This document shows positions 11,438 to 22,291 of a stretch of DNA of 64,000 nt, one piece after another. The stretch is from Microthyrium microscopicum. Its lineage: Eukaryota. Under the pieces are notes generated by a model that saw nothing but the letters and a program-made list of their open reading frames with translations, searched no databases and was not told where the DNA came from. Each line of letters starts with the position of its first letter. The stretch's first letter is position 1. The stretch is taken from positions 1,499,345 to 1,563,344 of the forward strand of contig MU004237.1 in assembly GCA_010405405.1 (NCBI GenBank). Direction: 5' to 3'. The position numbers and the translations under genes were made by a program.

Positions 11438-14400
11438 ATGCGAATTCCGCCACGGTTCAGCAGCCGTCACTTGTTTCCTCAATCTCAGGAGCACCTATTG
11501 TTCGCCAACAAGCCTCGCTCCACTCGAAAGCCTCGACTCCTGATTCGTCGCGGTCGACCCAGAAGACGATCAAATTGGCTCAGCCCTCAATTGATCCGTC
11601 GATATTACCCGCTTCAAGCTCAAGACCAGTTCCAGGACAAGATTACACTCGCAAAACACGCGCAACAGTCCGGCGCTTCGAGTACCTATTTGGACCCGTC
11701 TACGTCAGTCGTAAGACTTTTGACAAAGTCTCAGAACCTCATTGCATCTTTTAACAAATTAAGAAAGACCATCCAACGCATTAGAAAAGTGGTTTGGACT
11801 ATCAAATATCATGGCTCAGATTTGTCTTGGAATCGGTCTACGAAATTTAGAAGACAATTTGGAAGACAAGTCCCAAGGGGTGCTATAAATTTGTTGAGTT
11901 GCCGCCCTTCGGCTCCTTCTGGTTTGGACCCTGACCGCACCAATATCCGCAAGTCAGAACCCCCTGCATTTCCAAAGCGTGGCCTTGTTCGTGTCACACC
12001 GGAATTGCGAAAGGTTGAAGTCGTTCGATCTATACCTTCTAGAGCCGGCCTGGCCATCGATCCTTCCATTCGTTTCCCCCTCTATGAATACAGGCATGTC
12101 GTTCGAAATGGCTTTGCAGTCGCTGTCAGCGGCGGAGCTGACTCAATGGCTCTCGCATACCTCGCCCACCATCATGCTCCGCGAAGTATTCAATCTAAAA
12201 TCATTGCCTTGGTTGTAGACCATCAATTGCGCCCCGAGAGCTTTCAAGAAGCAGAACGAGTCAGCAAAAATCTAGAATTTATTGGAATTTCTAGCCATAT
12301 ACTTCGATTGCCACATCTCAAAGATGAAATCAAGCCTGACAAATCCAACCTGGAATCTCGTGCGCGAGATGCACGATTCAAAGCTCTTGGAATTGAATGC
12401 GCTCGGCGAGGTATCCGCCACCTTCTTCTAGGTCATCACAAAGATGATGGATATGAAATGGCCATTCAACGCCTCTCCTTAAGCCAGCGAGCTGAATACC
12501 AATTCAGCATGTCAACAGGTCCCACTCCTATTCCAGTCCCTAGGAGCGAAGGTTACGGCCTTGTGTCTAGTGGGAAGCCAAAAGATTTAGATTTTCTAGA
12601 CTTCGGACAACACACCGGTATTAAAGGATTTGAACAGGGCGGTGTATTTATCTTGCACCCTTTGCTTCACTTGGAGAAGTCTCAACTTGTTCAGCTTTGC
12701 CGAACCAAGTTCATACCTTGGGTGGAAGATCCTTCTAATGCAGATGCCACTCTTACCGGTCGGAATGCCATACGCTCAATTGTGGCAACCTCTGATCTGC
12801 CTCGAGCTTTACAGCGTGCTTCCATGGTTAAGATGATCACCACGATAGATGAACTGCTTCAAGTCTACAGAGCGATGGCACATGATCTTTTTGATATTTG
12901 CCAATTGAAGTTTGATCCTGGCCTTGGACTCTTGTATGCGAGACTACCCACCTGGAAAACTATTATCGACCAATGCCGTGCTAACGAGTCTCGACCGCTA
13001 AAGAACCACAGTTTCTTGGCAGCTCTTCTTCTTCGCAAGTTTGTCGATATAGTGTCTATGAATTCCACCAATTCTTTGCAGAATATCATTCCTGCTGTAG
13101 AATATGTTTATCCTCGATCATCAGGTTTTCGAATAAGGATCAGCGCGGTTCAAACAGCTGGAACACACATTACATGGCACTATATCAGAAAGACCAAGAT
13201 TGGTCAAACACTCCCTTGGCTCTCAACTGAACAAACTGCGAAAACCGTGGATCTCGACTCAGAAATCTACTTTGCTTTCAGTCGATCTGGGCTTGCATCG
13301 CGATGGTTCTCGAACCCATATACGATGAGGCTTGCCGAAGACTCCAAAGCCAGCAGTCCAGTTTCTGGCAATCACTTAATGCGCCGCATCTTACCTTCGG
13401 TCCCGAATGACAACGCTGATTCAGCAGAACTAAACTTCAATCCAGAGATCTTTGATCAAAAGTTCTGGATCTCTGTAAACTCTCAACACGAGGAGGATGA
13501 TCATGTCTGGATTCGGCCTCTTCTTCCCGAGCACCTAGATCAGATTCGTAGCTTATTGGCCAAACGTAGTGCCTACCTTCAAGGACCCTCACCGACTATA
13601 TCAGCACAGTCTGGCCCTCTGTCTAGAACGATCCGAGAGATGGATATACTAGGCTCCAAACTTGAAGACCTCACAAGATTGGCAATCCCAATCATTGAGT
13701 ACTTGCCCAAGTCCTCGATACATGATAGAAACGAGCCTCTCATTGGCCATGTACTTGCGTTTCCAACCTTGGGTGTTCGAGTAGTACGGAACTCGGATGA
13801 CATGCCGCAATGGGCGAAAAATATTGAATGGGTCTCCCGTTATAAATTTGTTGACTGGCAGTCTCATTTTGAAAGGCTACGAGAGATCATCATCCTCCCA
13901 AAGACCAACCGATCACGGTATCTTTGGAATCGGATACTATTGTCAAGACAACCGGAACTGAGGAACTTGATGATCAAAGGCTTGGCTGACCCATCCTTTG
14001 ACAAGGCATTCATACGCACACTTACGCCATCTGCAACATCTCTCCCGGAAGAAGCCACTGGAAAGCCTATTGCCATTTCCACAAAATCAAGCGCTTCGTT
14101 GGGATCAGCAGTCAAGAAATCCAGAACCCGTTCGTCAGGCATTTCAAAGCCACCCTTGAGATTGGAGCTCCCTGATGATTCCGAGCTCCTTCATGGTTTA
14201 GCGCCCTCTGGCATTTCAAAGCTCTTGGCTGTCAAATCAAGACCAGTTGAGAAAGATGCAAGGGCGGTTTCCAAAGAGCAAAGTGAATTTGGCCGACTTA
14301 TCAGGAAAACTCAATACCGTAATCTGGAGCCCACGATCCCTGGACAAGAAGAGTACTCGCAAGAACGCCGTAGGCGGTCTTTTTTGACCATCCAGAGCCC

Positions 14401-14869
14401 TGACCAAGACCTCCGTTTGCGTTATACCGTCATTTACAACCAATCCCACAGTATCGGCGAGGAGCGTTTGGTTTTCCAAACAGAAGCTGATGAGCAAAGA
14501 ATTGCAAAAGAAAACGAGTCTCAGCGAGAGCTCGAATCACTTAATGCCTCTCTTCAACAACCCAACAGCAGCACCAAAGCCAAACCATCCGTATCAGGAA
14601 GACGCCGAAATAGACAGGCCAACAAGAAACTATCGGCAAAGGATGCGTTGATGGCGCTCGAGGGGGGCAGAGAGAACGCGAGGAGTGAATCAGCCAAAGT
14701 AGTAGCGCAGAGGGTTGGAAAGGTACCCAAGACTCGCGTAGAAACAGCCGGACAAGACAAGGACCTGGACCGCGTTTTTCAAGCACTGAGCTCTACGCCA
14801 AGGAGAAAGAAGCAGCGTCCTGACGTTGAGGCGATAAGGAGGCTAAAAGAAATTAGCAGCGACAGTTGA
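11438..14869 (+). CDS. TilS-like PP-loop ATPase (tRNA(Ile)-lysidine synthase family), 1143 aa, probably mitochondrial
   Basis: Motifs AVAVSGGADSMAL, VDHQLR, ESRARDARF, LLLGHHKDD, HPLL and WVEDPSN...RNAIR. Arg-rich, acid-poor N-terminus. Confidence 0.85.
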   Translation: MRIPPRFSSRHLFPQSQEHLLFANKPRSTRKPRLLIRRGRPRRRSNWLSPQLIRRYYPLQAQDQFQDKITLAKHAQQSGASSTYLDPSTSVVRLLTKSQNLIASFNKLRKTIQRIRKVVWTIKYHGSDLSWNRSTKFRRQFGRQVPRGAINLLSCRPSAPSGLDPDRTNIRKSEPPAFPKRGLVRVTPELRKVEVVRSIPSRAGLAIDPSIRFPLYEYRHVVRNGFAVAVSGGADSMALAYLAHHHAPRSIQSKIIALVVDHQLRPESFQEAERVSKNLEFIGISSHILRLPHLKDEIKPDKSNLESRARDARFKALGIECARRGIRHLLLGHHKDDGYEMAIQRLSLSQRAEYQFSMSTGPTPIPVPRSEGYGLVSSGKPKDLDFLDFGQHTGIKGFEQGGVFILHPLLHLEKSQLVQLCRTKFIPWVEDPSNADATLTGRNAIRSIVATSDLPRALQRASMVKMITTIDELLQVYRAMAHDLFDICQLKFDPGLGLLYARLPTWKTIIDQCRANESRPLKNHSFLAALLLRKFVDIVSMNSTNSLQNIIPAVEYVYPRSSGFRIRISAVQTAGTHITWHYIRKTKIGQTLPWLSTEQTAKTVDLDSEIYFAFSRSGLASRWFSNPYTMRLAEDSKASSPVSGNHLMRRILPSVPNDNADSAELNFNPEIFDQKFWISVNSQHEEDDHVWIRPLLPEHLDQIRSLLAKRSAYLQGPSPTISAQSGPLSRTIREMDILGSKLEDLTRLAIPIIEYLPKSSIHDRNEPLIGHVLAFPTLGVRVVRNSDDMPQWAKNIEWVSRYKFVDWQSHFERLREIIILPKTNRSRYLWNRILLSRQPELRNLMIKGLADPSFDKAFIRTLTPSATSLPEEATGKPIAISTKSSASLGSAVKKSRTRSSGISKPPLRLELPDDSELLHGLAPSGISKLLAVKSRPVEKDARAVSKEQSEFGRLIRKTQYRNLEPTIPGQEEYSQERRRRSFLTIQSPDQDLRLRYTVIYNQSHSIGEERLVFQTEADEQRIAKENESQRELESLNASLQQPNSSTKAKPSVSGRRRNRQANKKLSAKDALMALEGGRENARSESAKVVAQRVGKVPKTRVETAGQDKDLDRVFQALSSTPRRKKQRPDVEAIRRLKEISSDS

Positions 14870-15139
14870 ACAAATCACAACGCTAGCATATGTAGTTTGA
14901 GCACTGCGTCATGTATTATAGAATTATAAAAGTTTTAAAGGAATTGATCTGGACAGGGTATACCCCACTGTTGCATAGTTTTTAGCATTTGGATACTACA
15001 TAGGAGATAGAAAGGAATTGTATGTACAAAGTAAGCTAAGGAATGGCTCAAAATCAAACGCCGGCCCGGACTCTTTGAGCATGATTCGTGAGTGGAGAGT
15101 ACAATTTACTGGCTAAGGTGTATGATGACATCGAGCAGC

Positions 15140-16541
15140 TTATCGCGCCGCATTGTCACAGAATTCAATGAAGCGGTATATTCCTTCAAAATCTTGATAC
15201 TCAAGAGGTTGCTGGTCTGATCGACCTGGACTTCGGCTAGCGGACGAGGAGTCGAATGCATAAGACCGCGAAGCTACGGTCTCAAATTCTTCCGAACCTG
15301 CGCTGACATAGTCAAGATCATCATATCCTAGGCCAGTATCCGAAAGAGTCGTTGGACTGGAGAAACCGTCTTCTTCGACTTGAATAGCAGGTTGGTCCGC
15401 AAAATCGTACAAGCTGGGCTCTGAGGATCCCTGGCTCGGCGCAAATGGGAACAACAGCGCGATTTCAGTGCCCACAAAGGTATCAAAGTCTGGATCTTGA
15501 CCTACGACACCTCGTTTAATTTCGAGTTCTGCGGCAATAGATTCCACCGTTTCTGGATCCACGCCTGGGAAATGGACTCGCAATCGATTTTGCTCATAGC
15601 TTATTGGCATATCGCCCAGCGACGATAGCGACTGTAAATCAGCCATCACTAGAGTAAGCTCCTTGAGAGCGCGAGAAAAGTCGACAGTCAGAATGTCCAA
15701 TAGACCCTCAGTGTGGAGAGTTTCCAAGCTGGTGCTTTGGGCTGGCTGATAACCAGCAATGGCGGACATTGTCGAGGGAGCAAGAGCCGTAATGGTTGGA
15801 TTGACATTGAAGTCGATGAATGAGCCTGGAGTGGCTCGAGGAATACCATTCATCTTCTGTTGTGCTTTCTCCTGAAGGGCCGAAACACTTTTGAAGCGCT
15901 TCTCTCCGATTCGTCGGTCCATGCCGTCATATTGTATCTTTTGACCTCCAAGCATAAAGGCTCGCATGGCCTGGCTGACATTGTTTATCACTTGAGCCGG
16001 GGCTTCAGGGGTATGCGAGAAATAGCGTTTGGCACCAACACGTCCCGCTCCAAGACCGTATCCGCCCGCTGAACGTGGGAAGGCTCCACCAGTTAGGTTC
16101 GGACGAAGGGTAGTAGCAAATGGGGCTCGGCCGGAGGACTGGCTGATAGCACGGCCCACACTTGATGATGCATAGCTAGGACCAGGAGTCACTTCAGCGG
16201 TGGTACCAAAAGCCCGAGCGAAACTGGGAAGACGAGCTTGTACAGAAAACCAGCGACGGTTTTGTTTGAGATAGGCTGCTGGGTGGATAGGTTGTCTTGC
16301 TACACGAGCGTAGGCAGGTTGTGCGGTGGGTTCTGCAATTGCAGTAGCGGGTAGTTTACCGCGTGCGTATTTTGTTGCAACTTTGTAGGCGGACCTGAAC
16401 ATACAACAATTAGAATGAGCACTGTTTTACGATAGGCCCCAAGGCTAGGCAGCAGCCTGGAGCAGTTATATGAGAGTCATACCTGAGAATCTGCAGATTC
16501 TTGGCCACCAAAAGGTGCATTCTACCCAATGCGGGCGACAT
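15140..16541 (-). CDS. Conserved fungal hypothetical protein; 2 exons
   Basis: 420-codon open frame with typical composition and a C-terminal YQDFEGIYRFIEFCD. Short first exon MSPALGRMHLLVAKNLQILR joined by an intron at about 16395-16482. Confidence 0.75.
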
Positions 16542-17054
16542 GATTGTATAGGACCCAGTCAATCTCAGACGAGAAGAGAGGAGAGGGAAAGTTGAAGTGT
16601 TTGGAGTTGCGATGATGGAGGTGGCGACTGCTATCATATCGAGCGTGCAGTCGGCTATATCGGCGTTATGTACCGAGCTTCGGAGGATTCCATGGCCGAA
16701 GTCTTGAGGAGTCTATGCCGGCTTGGCAGTATCTCGGGCCGATTAGTCATACATGTATATCGACTGACCTCGTGCACTAAAGATGACATTTCAGTGGCTG
16801 TCTTCCTCCATCCAATGTGCCCCAGCTTTGGCTTAATCATTCCTGAAAGGTTGAACATCGCTGGCGTTTGAGTTGCCTACATTGTAGTTATGTCGCGTGC
16901 GATAAATATGTGACTGCCTGCCCCTCGTCCTTAAGGGGCACTTCTCAGCTCTGCATCCTGCTTCTATGAGGCTATAACTCTATGAGGCTCTAGCTTCCCT
17001 ACTGCGAGTGAACACAATATTTATGTGTATTTTTGAGAGTCAGTATTTGAACCA

Positions 17055-18406
17055 ATGAAGCGCATCTTGAATTGGTCTCTTGCCACAGTTCTGTCTCAAA
17101 TAGTAAGCTGCGAGGATCGATAGTCATGTTCGCGTAAGTGTACTGACACTTCCGAGCCTCTTTTTCAATCCTCTATACCCGATCTTGACGATCAATCCTG
17201 GATCCAGAGATGGACAGCAGTCGGGGACTCGTATGCTTCAGGTCTTGGAACAGGTCTTAGACTGGACTATGGCTGTAGCAGATACGCGGGTGGATATCCA
17301 AATCTCATGGAAACAGACGAACGCTTCGGCTTAAATCCCAACAGAACGTTCCAGTATCTGGCGTGTTCCGGTCTCAAATCAACTGAGATATTGACCAAAC
17401 AAGTGCCACATGTTCTGGACAATCAAGATTTGATCACTATATCCGCCGGTGGCAACGATGTGGCTCTAGGCGATGTATTGGATTCATGCATTTTCCAATG
17501 GAAACATGGGAACTCCGCTAGATGCGACGCTGCCTTGGTTCGATCTCAAGAACTGATTGATACTGTCCTGGAAACAAACGTGGACCTTCTGATTGACTCC
17601 TTGGTCACCAAGTTGTCACCCAACGGAAGGATATACTACCCTGGCTATGCCCAATTCTTTGGTGATTCTGTAAGCTGTAATAATATTTCTTGGTAAACAT
17701 CCCCAAACAAGAGACTTCAGCGGTGCTGCTTTGCTTCAATCGAACTCGTTGGCTGTTTCCTTAGCTTGCATGACTACCTAGATATGCACTCAACATTCAC
17801 TGACAAGTCAGGTCTGTTTGGCCTCGTATGCCACCTTCAGATCGACAGAACCTCACCATTGAGCGACGAGTTCGTATGAATCACATGGTATCCCAAGTCA
17901 ACAAAAAGCTCAAACAATCCATCGACAAGGCCGGCGAAAATGTCATCTTTATTGATTGGGACTGGACATTTGCCCAAGCAGGTGGTCGATTCTGTGAGAA
18001 TGGAACCAGAGAACCAGCCCCACAGCGACAAGGCTTGTTATTCTTCGAGTGGAACACCATGGACGATGGTGATGATCCGAATCTTCTCATACGGCCTGGC
18101 GATCCCGTCCCTTCAGATTCATTCGAGGGCGACATCGGTAAATGGGTACTCGAAACTTTGACGAAGCACCCAGATTGGCAGTTTGGTCCTGTTGGAACGG
18201 AACCTATTGCGATATACCCAGCTGTTATGGAGCGACTGATAGACAGTCAGGGTCTGCGGGCACAACTTGGCTTTGATGATTATGTTTTCTGGTTTCTTCC
18301 TGATTCTTGGAAGCGGGTATTTCATCCTCGGGCTTTAGGTCAGCGCTTGATTGCGGATATGATTATTCATGCCATGGCAGTTGAGAAGGCTAATATGGTA
18401 TTTTAG
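17055..18406 (+). CDS. Secreted SGNH/GDSL-like hydrolase; 3 exons
   Basis: Blocks VGDSYASGLG (upstream of the ORF-track start), LACSG, ISAGGND, PGYAQFF and RVFHP. Introns about 17103-17156 and 17693-17811. Confidence 0.85.
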
Positions 18407-18519
18407 CAACAATGCAGCCCATATCATTCCATCGAGTAAAGACACTAACTACGGAAGCGCATTGTGGCCTACCCTTCCACATCAAGAAAACCAAAATCTG
18501 AAATTCATCAAAGGGACTT

Positions 18520-18577
18520 GATAATTGGCCCCTATATTCCAGATAATTGGCCCTTAGATTCCAGATATTTGGCCCCC
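18520..18577. repeat. 22-bp tandem repeat, about 2.6 copies
   Basis: GATAATTGGCCCCTATATTCCA / GATAATTGGCCCTTAGATTCCA / GATATTTGGCCCCC. Confidence 0.8.
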
Positions 18578-18904
18578 ATAGTATCCGAAGCCGAGATATT
18601 CTAAAGCTATTCCTAAATAGGAAGTCCGTGATAAAACCCATAGTGTTACAGTGGTACTGGAGCATAATTTTGATATCCAAAGATCTAATATTTTGAAAGT
18701 TAAAACACTAAAACTACGCCAATAGACTAACTCTAAAAGGGACTTTAAAGAGGTCCTTAGAACTAAACGCATACAGCATTTTTAACGTATATGTTTTAAG
18801 ATTCGCTTGTATATAAAATGAAAATGTAGACCTTTATACACGACATGCATAGACAACAGACGAAAACGGGTTTATTCTCAGTACGACTAACGTATGCAAG
18901 GCGG

Positions 18905-19050
18905 TGATGGCCGCGGGTTCACAAGCAGTGGATCTGATGGATTGAGTAATGAGTTAATTGGTAAAAGATGTTGCAGAAACTATGGTGTTTCTGTACACGA
19001 AGATGCTTAAATAACCCCTCCCTTGGTAGAGTGCTCCGTGCCTGCCATCA
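18905..19050 (-). repeat. 3' LTR of the TRIM-like element
   Basis: 146 bp, identical by eye to 19598-19743; TG...CA ends with a 7-bp inverted terminus. Confidence 0.93.
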
Positions 19051-19597
19051 ACCATCCCAAAAGCTTTCAAGATCAAGCTCGTCTTGATCTTCTTTGGTGT
19101 TGAGAGAAGGTGTTTGTCGTCCGTCAGTTCGAACACATTTGAAGTTGCATCTCGTCGTCGTCTTCGTAGTCCACTGAATTCAGGTTCTCAGGCTCACGGA
19201 ATCCACACCGTCTATTGCCCGTCTATCGTTGAATTCCCATCGTAAAAACTCATCTTCGGCTCGTTACCGCACCGCTACGGCGTGCCTCTTCATAGGTCAC
19301 CCGTCGGTTCGTCAACATCGCAAAGTATCTCGTCAAAATCGGTTGGTTGTGGGCCAAAAGCCCGTCTTCGGCCGCTCATCGTGTATGTTTTTGGTGGGGA
19401 ACCCGGTTCTCGTTGGGAAGGTTGCTTGGCAGCTGATGAGGGAATAGTAGTAGCTGCTCGTTGTTGATGATAGTTTGATGAATTGTTAATGGAATTCAAT
19501 GAGTAAGTGATCGTTCGTTGCTTTAACGACATGGCTGCTTTTGCTGATGATGAAAAGGTAATAAAGATCTTGCTTGTCCACGGTTCAGCCCCCAGAT

Positions 19598-19743
19598 TGA
19601 TGGCCGCGGGTTCACAAGCAGTGGATCTGATGGATTGAGTAATGAGTTAATTGGTAAAAGATGTTGCAGAAACTATGGTGTTTCTGTACACGAAGATGCT
19701 TAAATAACCCCTCCCTTGGTAGAGTGCTCCGTGCCTGCCATCA
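19598..19743 (-). repeat. 5' LTR of the TRIM-like element
   Basis: 146 bp, identical by eye to 18905-19050. The minus strand has a TATA-like TATTTAAG and the LTR is followed by the PBS. Confidence 0.93.
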
Positions 19744-20428
19744 GCGGCCTAGGGCAGATATGCATCCCCGTTTTCAATGTTGCTTCAAGACGACTATTTA
19801 GTGGAAGCTTCCTTGTCAGACAAGCGACATGTTTGGGTGAGTTGTTGTTAGCGAAACCCAATCATATGGCTTCTACACTCAGGGTTGTAAAGTTTCTGCC
19901 TTTTGAAAGACGACCATGTCGCTTCTTAGCTAATATTCTTCGTAAACCAGGTTGAAGATCTTGTTGGTTCTAGTCTTCAGATACCCCCGCACCAGATTGG
20001 CATTTGACGTAGTTGTTTTCCTATTGTTTGCTACTACAAGCTTCCAACAATAGTAGCGCCACTGTTGCTATATCCGCTATTCGAAATGAGACAGATAAAA
20101 TCCAAACTACAAGCTTGCTAAGTCGGAAATGGAAGAGCCGCAGAGAGCGTTTTCCTCCTTCTAGATGTAGATCCTTGAGAGTCTTTAGCGCTTTGCAACG
20201 GTCCTTATTATCTCCCCTGCTATTTTTTTGGCCCCTGACTGTTATTTGTATCTCTGTAGGATTCTATCCCCTGCATACAATCACCATATCCCTTGATCTT
20301 TCATGTGTTAGCATCGGTGCTCGTCTGTCACATAGCGGCTAGTTTCCCATTACTTTAAATGTGTATGCCCTGAAAGCTCGTTCAGTCGAACTAGTTGCTC
20401 TTGATTTCATTGTTTATTGCTCGTTCCC

Positions 20429-21203
20429 ATGAAGTCGATATTTCCTCTCCTGTTTATCTTCTTCGCCATTATCTTAGCTCAGGAGTCAGTGCTTCTAGGA
20501 CTTATCGGATTCCCTTCCTGCTCTGTTAGACTCTTTCTTCCCAATCGATTTAGCAGGTCCTGACATATTTCAATTAGATTCCGTGTGTGGAACAAGGCTT
20601 TGCAAGTTCAAATTGTACAAGCACTAGCTCTGGCAATAACTTTACGTGCATCTGTTCGACTGGCGTTACGGGCGCTGTCGATGCCTTGACAGCATGTGTG
20701 TCAAACACCATACCCTGTAGCTTAGCAGATAATACCAGTATGATGCTCATTTCTTACTATCGACTTTGATATGCGTAACCAAAAGGACAACAGCTGATAT
20801 CGTACTCATAGAAGCCAGCAACGAGCTATTAAAACTCTGCGCATCAGTTGGATATGTGTATGGTTCCGGAGGCAATAGCAGCAGTACGAACTCGTCTTCA
20901 CCACCGCCTCCTCCTTCCCACTCGACATCCTCAACGCCTAACTCTGCCAACAAACTTGTGCTGGGTATTGGCCTCGGAGTCGGACTTCCTGTTATGGCTA
21001 TCATCGGGGCATTAGCTGGCTTCTTCATTCTTCGAACTCATCAGAGGAGAAAATATCCACCAGATGGTTTTGCGTATGGGCCAGATATGATGGCTCAGCA
21101 CCTGGCGATACCCCAGGAATTAGATGCCCGGCCAAAAGTACAAGAGATGGAGTCTCGACCTGAAGAGTTGGACTCGGTGAACACTTGGAATCGTACAGAC
21201 TAA
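20429..21203 (+). CDS. CFEM-domain single-pass membrane protein; 3 exons
   Basis: Signal peptide MKSIFPLLFIFFAIILA. Spliced 8-Cys pattern PSCS|IPC...NC...TCIC...AC...PC...LC, then a Ser/Pro stalk, a TM helix (LVLGIGLGVGLPVMAIIGALAGFFIL) with basic stop-transfer, and a short cytoplasmic tail. Confidence 0.8.
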
Positions 21204-21569
21204 AAGGATAGCGTTAGAGTTGATTTTGAGAGTTGCGACGTTGAGAAGAATCAAATAACTAGACTTTTTGCTGGTTTTGTTCTGGTCCACTTGGTTTGCA
21301 TCTGCTATTAGTTTCACGAATATCAAGTAGAAGAGCGTTGCTAAGTTTGGATCTCGAAGTCACTAAGTTTTGGACACCCCTATCTGTGGAATTGGAACGG
21401 CTGAAATATTGCTGCGAGAAAACCATCCAAGTCTTAGCGGTAACTAGAAATATAGGAAAATGATGATGGCCATTATCGGAACTACCGAGATCTCTTGACC
21501 TATTTCATATGTAAGCTTTAGATCTAAGATTAAACCTATATCTATCTGTGCTGCATCAACCGTATACGT

Positions 21570-22291
21570 TTACAGTTTGCATAGAGCCGTCTGCGACATA
21601 AACACCATCCTTTCATATTGGTCCCTTCGTCTTGTTCGTAGAATATCTTCGTCATCATCGTCGGCGATGCCAGGGTATCCATTTTCCCTTTCGTCATTCT
21701 CCCGTTCTTGTCTCGCCTGTTCTTTGGGAGCATTGACTTTCCTACACAATTTGACATTAGTAAATGTTTCACTTGACCTTCTTTCGAAAGGCAGAGAACA
21801 TACCTCAATCCATCAACCACACCCCCAATAAAAGCCCTCCCTTCGGCAACTTCCATGCCGCCAACGCCATTCATCTGTTCACCACCACCCGCTTCAAGAA
21901 CATCCACTCCGTCTCTCAACTTCGCCATCCTAACTTCCCTCAAATCCCTCAGCAAACGCCTAACTAAACCGCGTCTTCAAAGTCATCCGGAGCAGCTTCC
22001 AGTAATAAATTCGCCCAGTTCCAACCAATGGTATGGTAATGCGTCTGGCGGTGCTTCTGCTGTCGATGAAGGGAGGAATGGTGCGCTGACTGTGCTTGAG
22101 CCTGGAGGTAGTCGAGGCCCAGGAGAGAATTGAGCAGAGTGCTCCGTCTCGAAGTCGTGTATTGCGGTTAGAGAAGTAGGATTCAGCCAAGGCGGCGGTG
22201 AAATATTTGCTCTTCGTTGTTTCTTTAGGAGGAGTGCTAGGCAGAGGGGAATATTGTTTCTATGCGGAGGTTGGAGGAGTGGTGTTGAGCC
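21570..22291 (-). pseudogene. PSF2: 5'-truncated, frameshifted copy of GINS subunit PSF2
   Basis: Segments [50 protein letters not shown] and [20 protein letters not shown]...[19 protein letters not shown] +1 shift near 22010 and a -1 shift near 21968 leave a TGA between them. No Psf2-like first exon upstream. Confidence 0.8.

Larger units (their letters stand above)
18905..19743 (-). mobile_element. TRIM-like non-autonomous LTR retroelement, 839 bp
   Basis: Two identical 146-bp direct repeats bounded by TGATGGC...GCCATCA. GCGG duplicated on both flanks (18901-18904, 19744-19747). PBS-like TGGGGGCTGAACCG lies 3 nt inside the minus-strand 5' LTR. The 547-bp interior has no pol motifs. Confidence 0.92.

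Noticed and set aside
11257..11754. 165-aa ORF overlapping the TilS-like gene start
   Set aside because: GTG start, no motif, alternative frame over the promoter and 5' region; cannot be supported.
16964..16990. CTATGAGGCT repeated twice upstream of the SGNH gene
   Set aside because: Too short to assign a function.
18905..19743. Direct repeats considered as a CRISPR array or assembly duplication
   Set aside because: Only two 146-bp units with TG..CA ends, TSD and PBS; this fits LTRs in a eukaryotic context.
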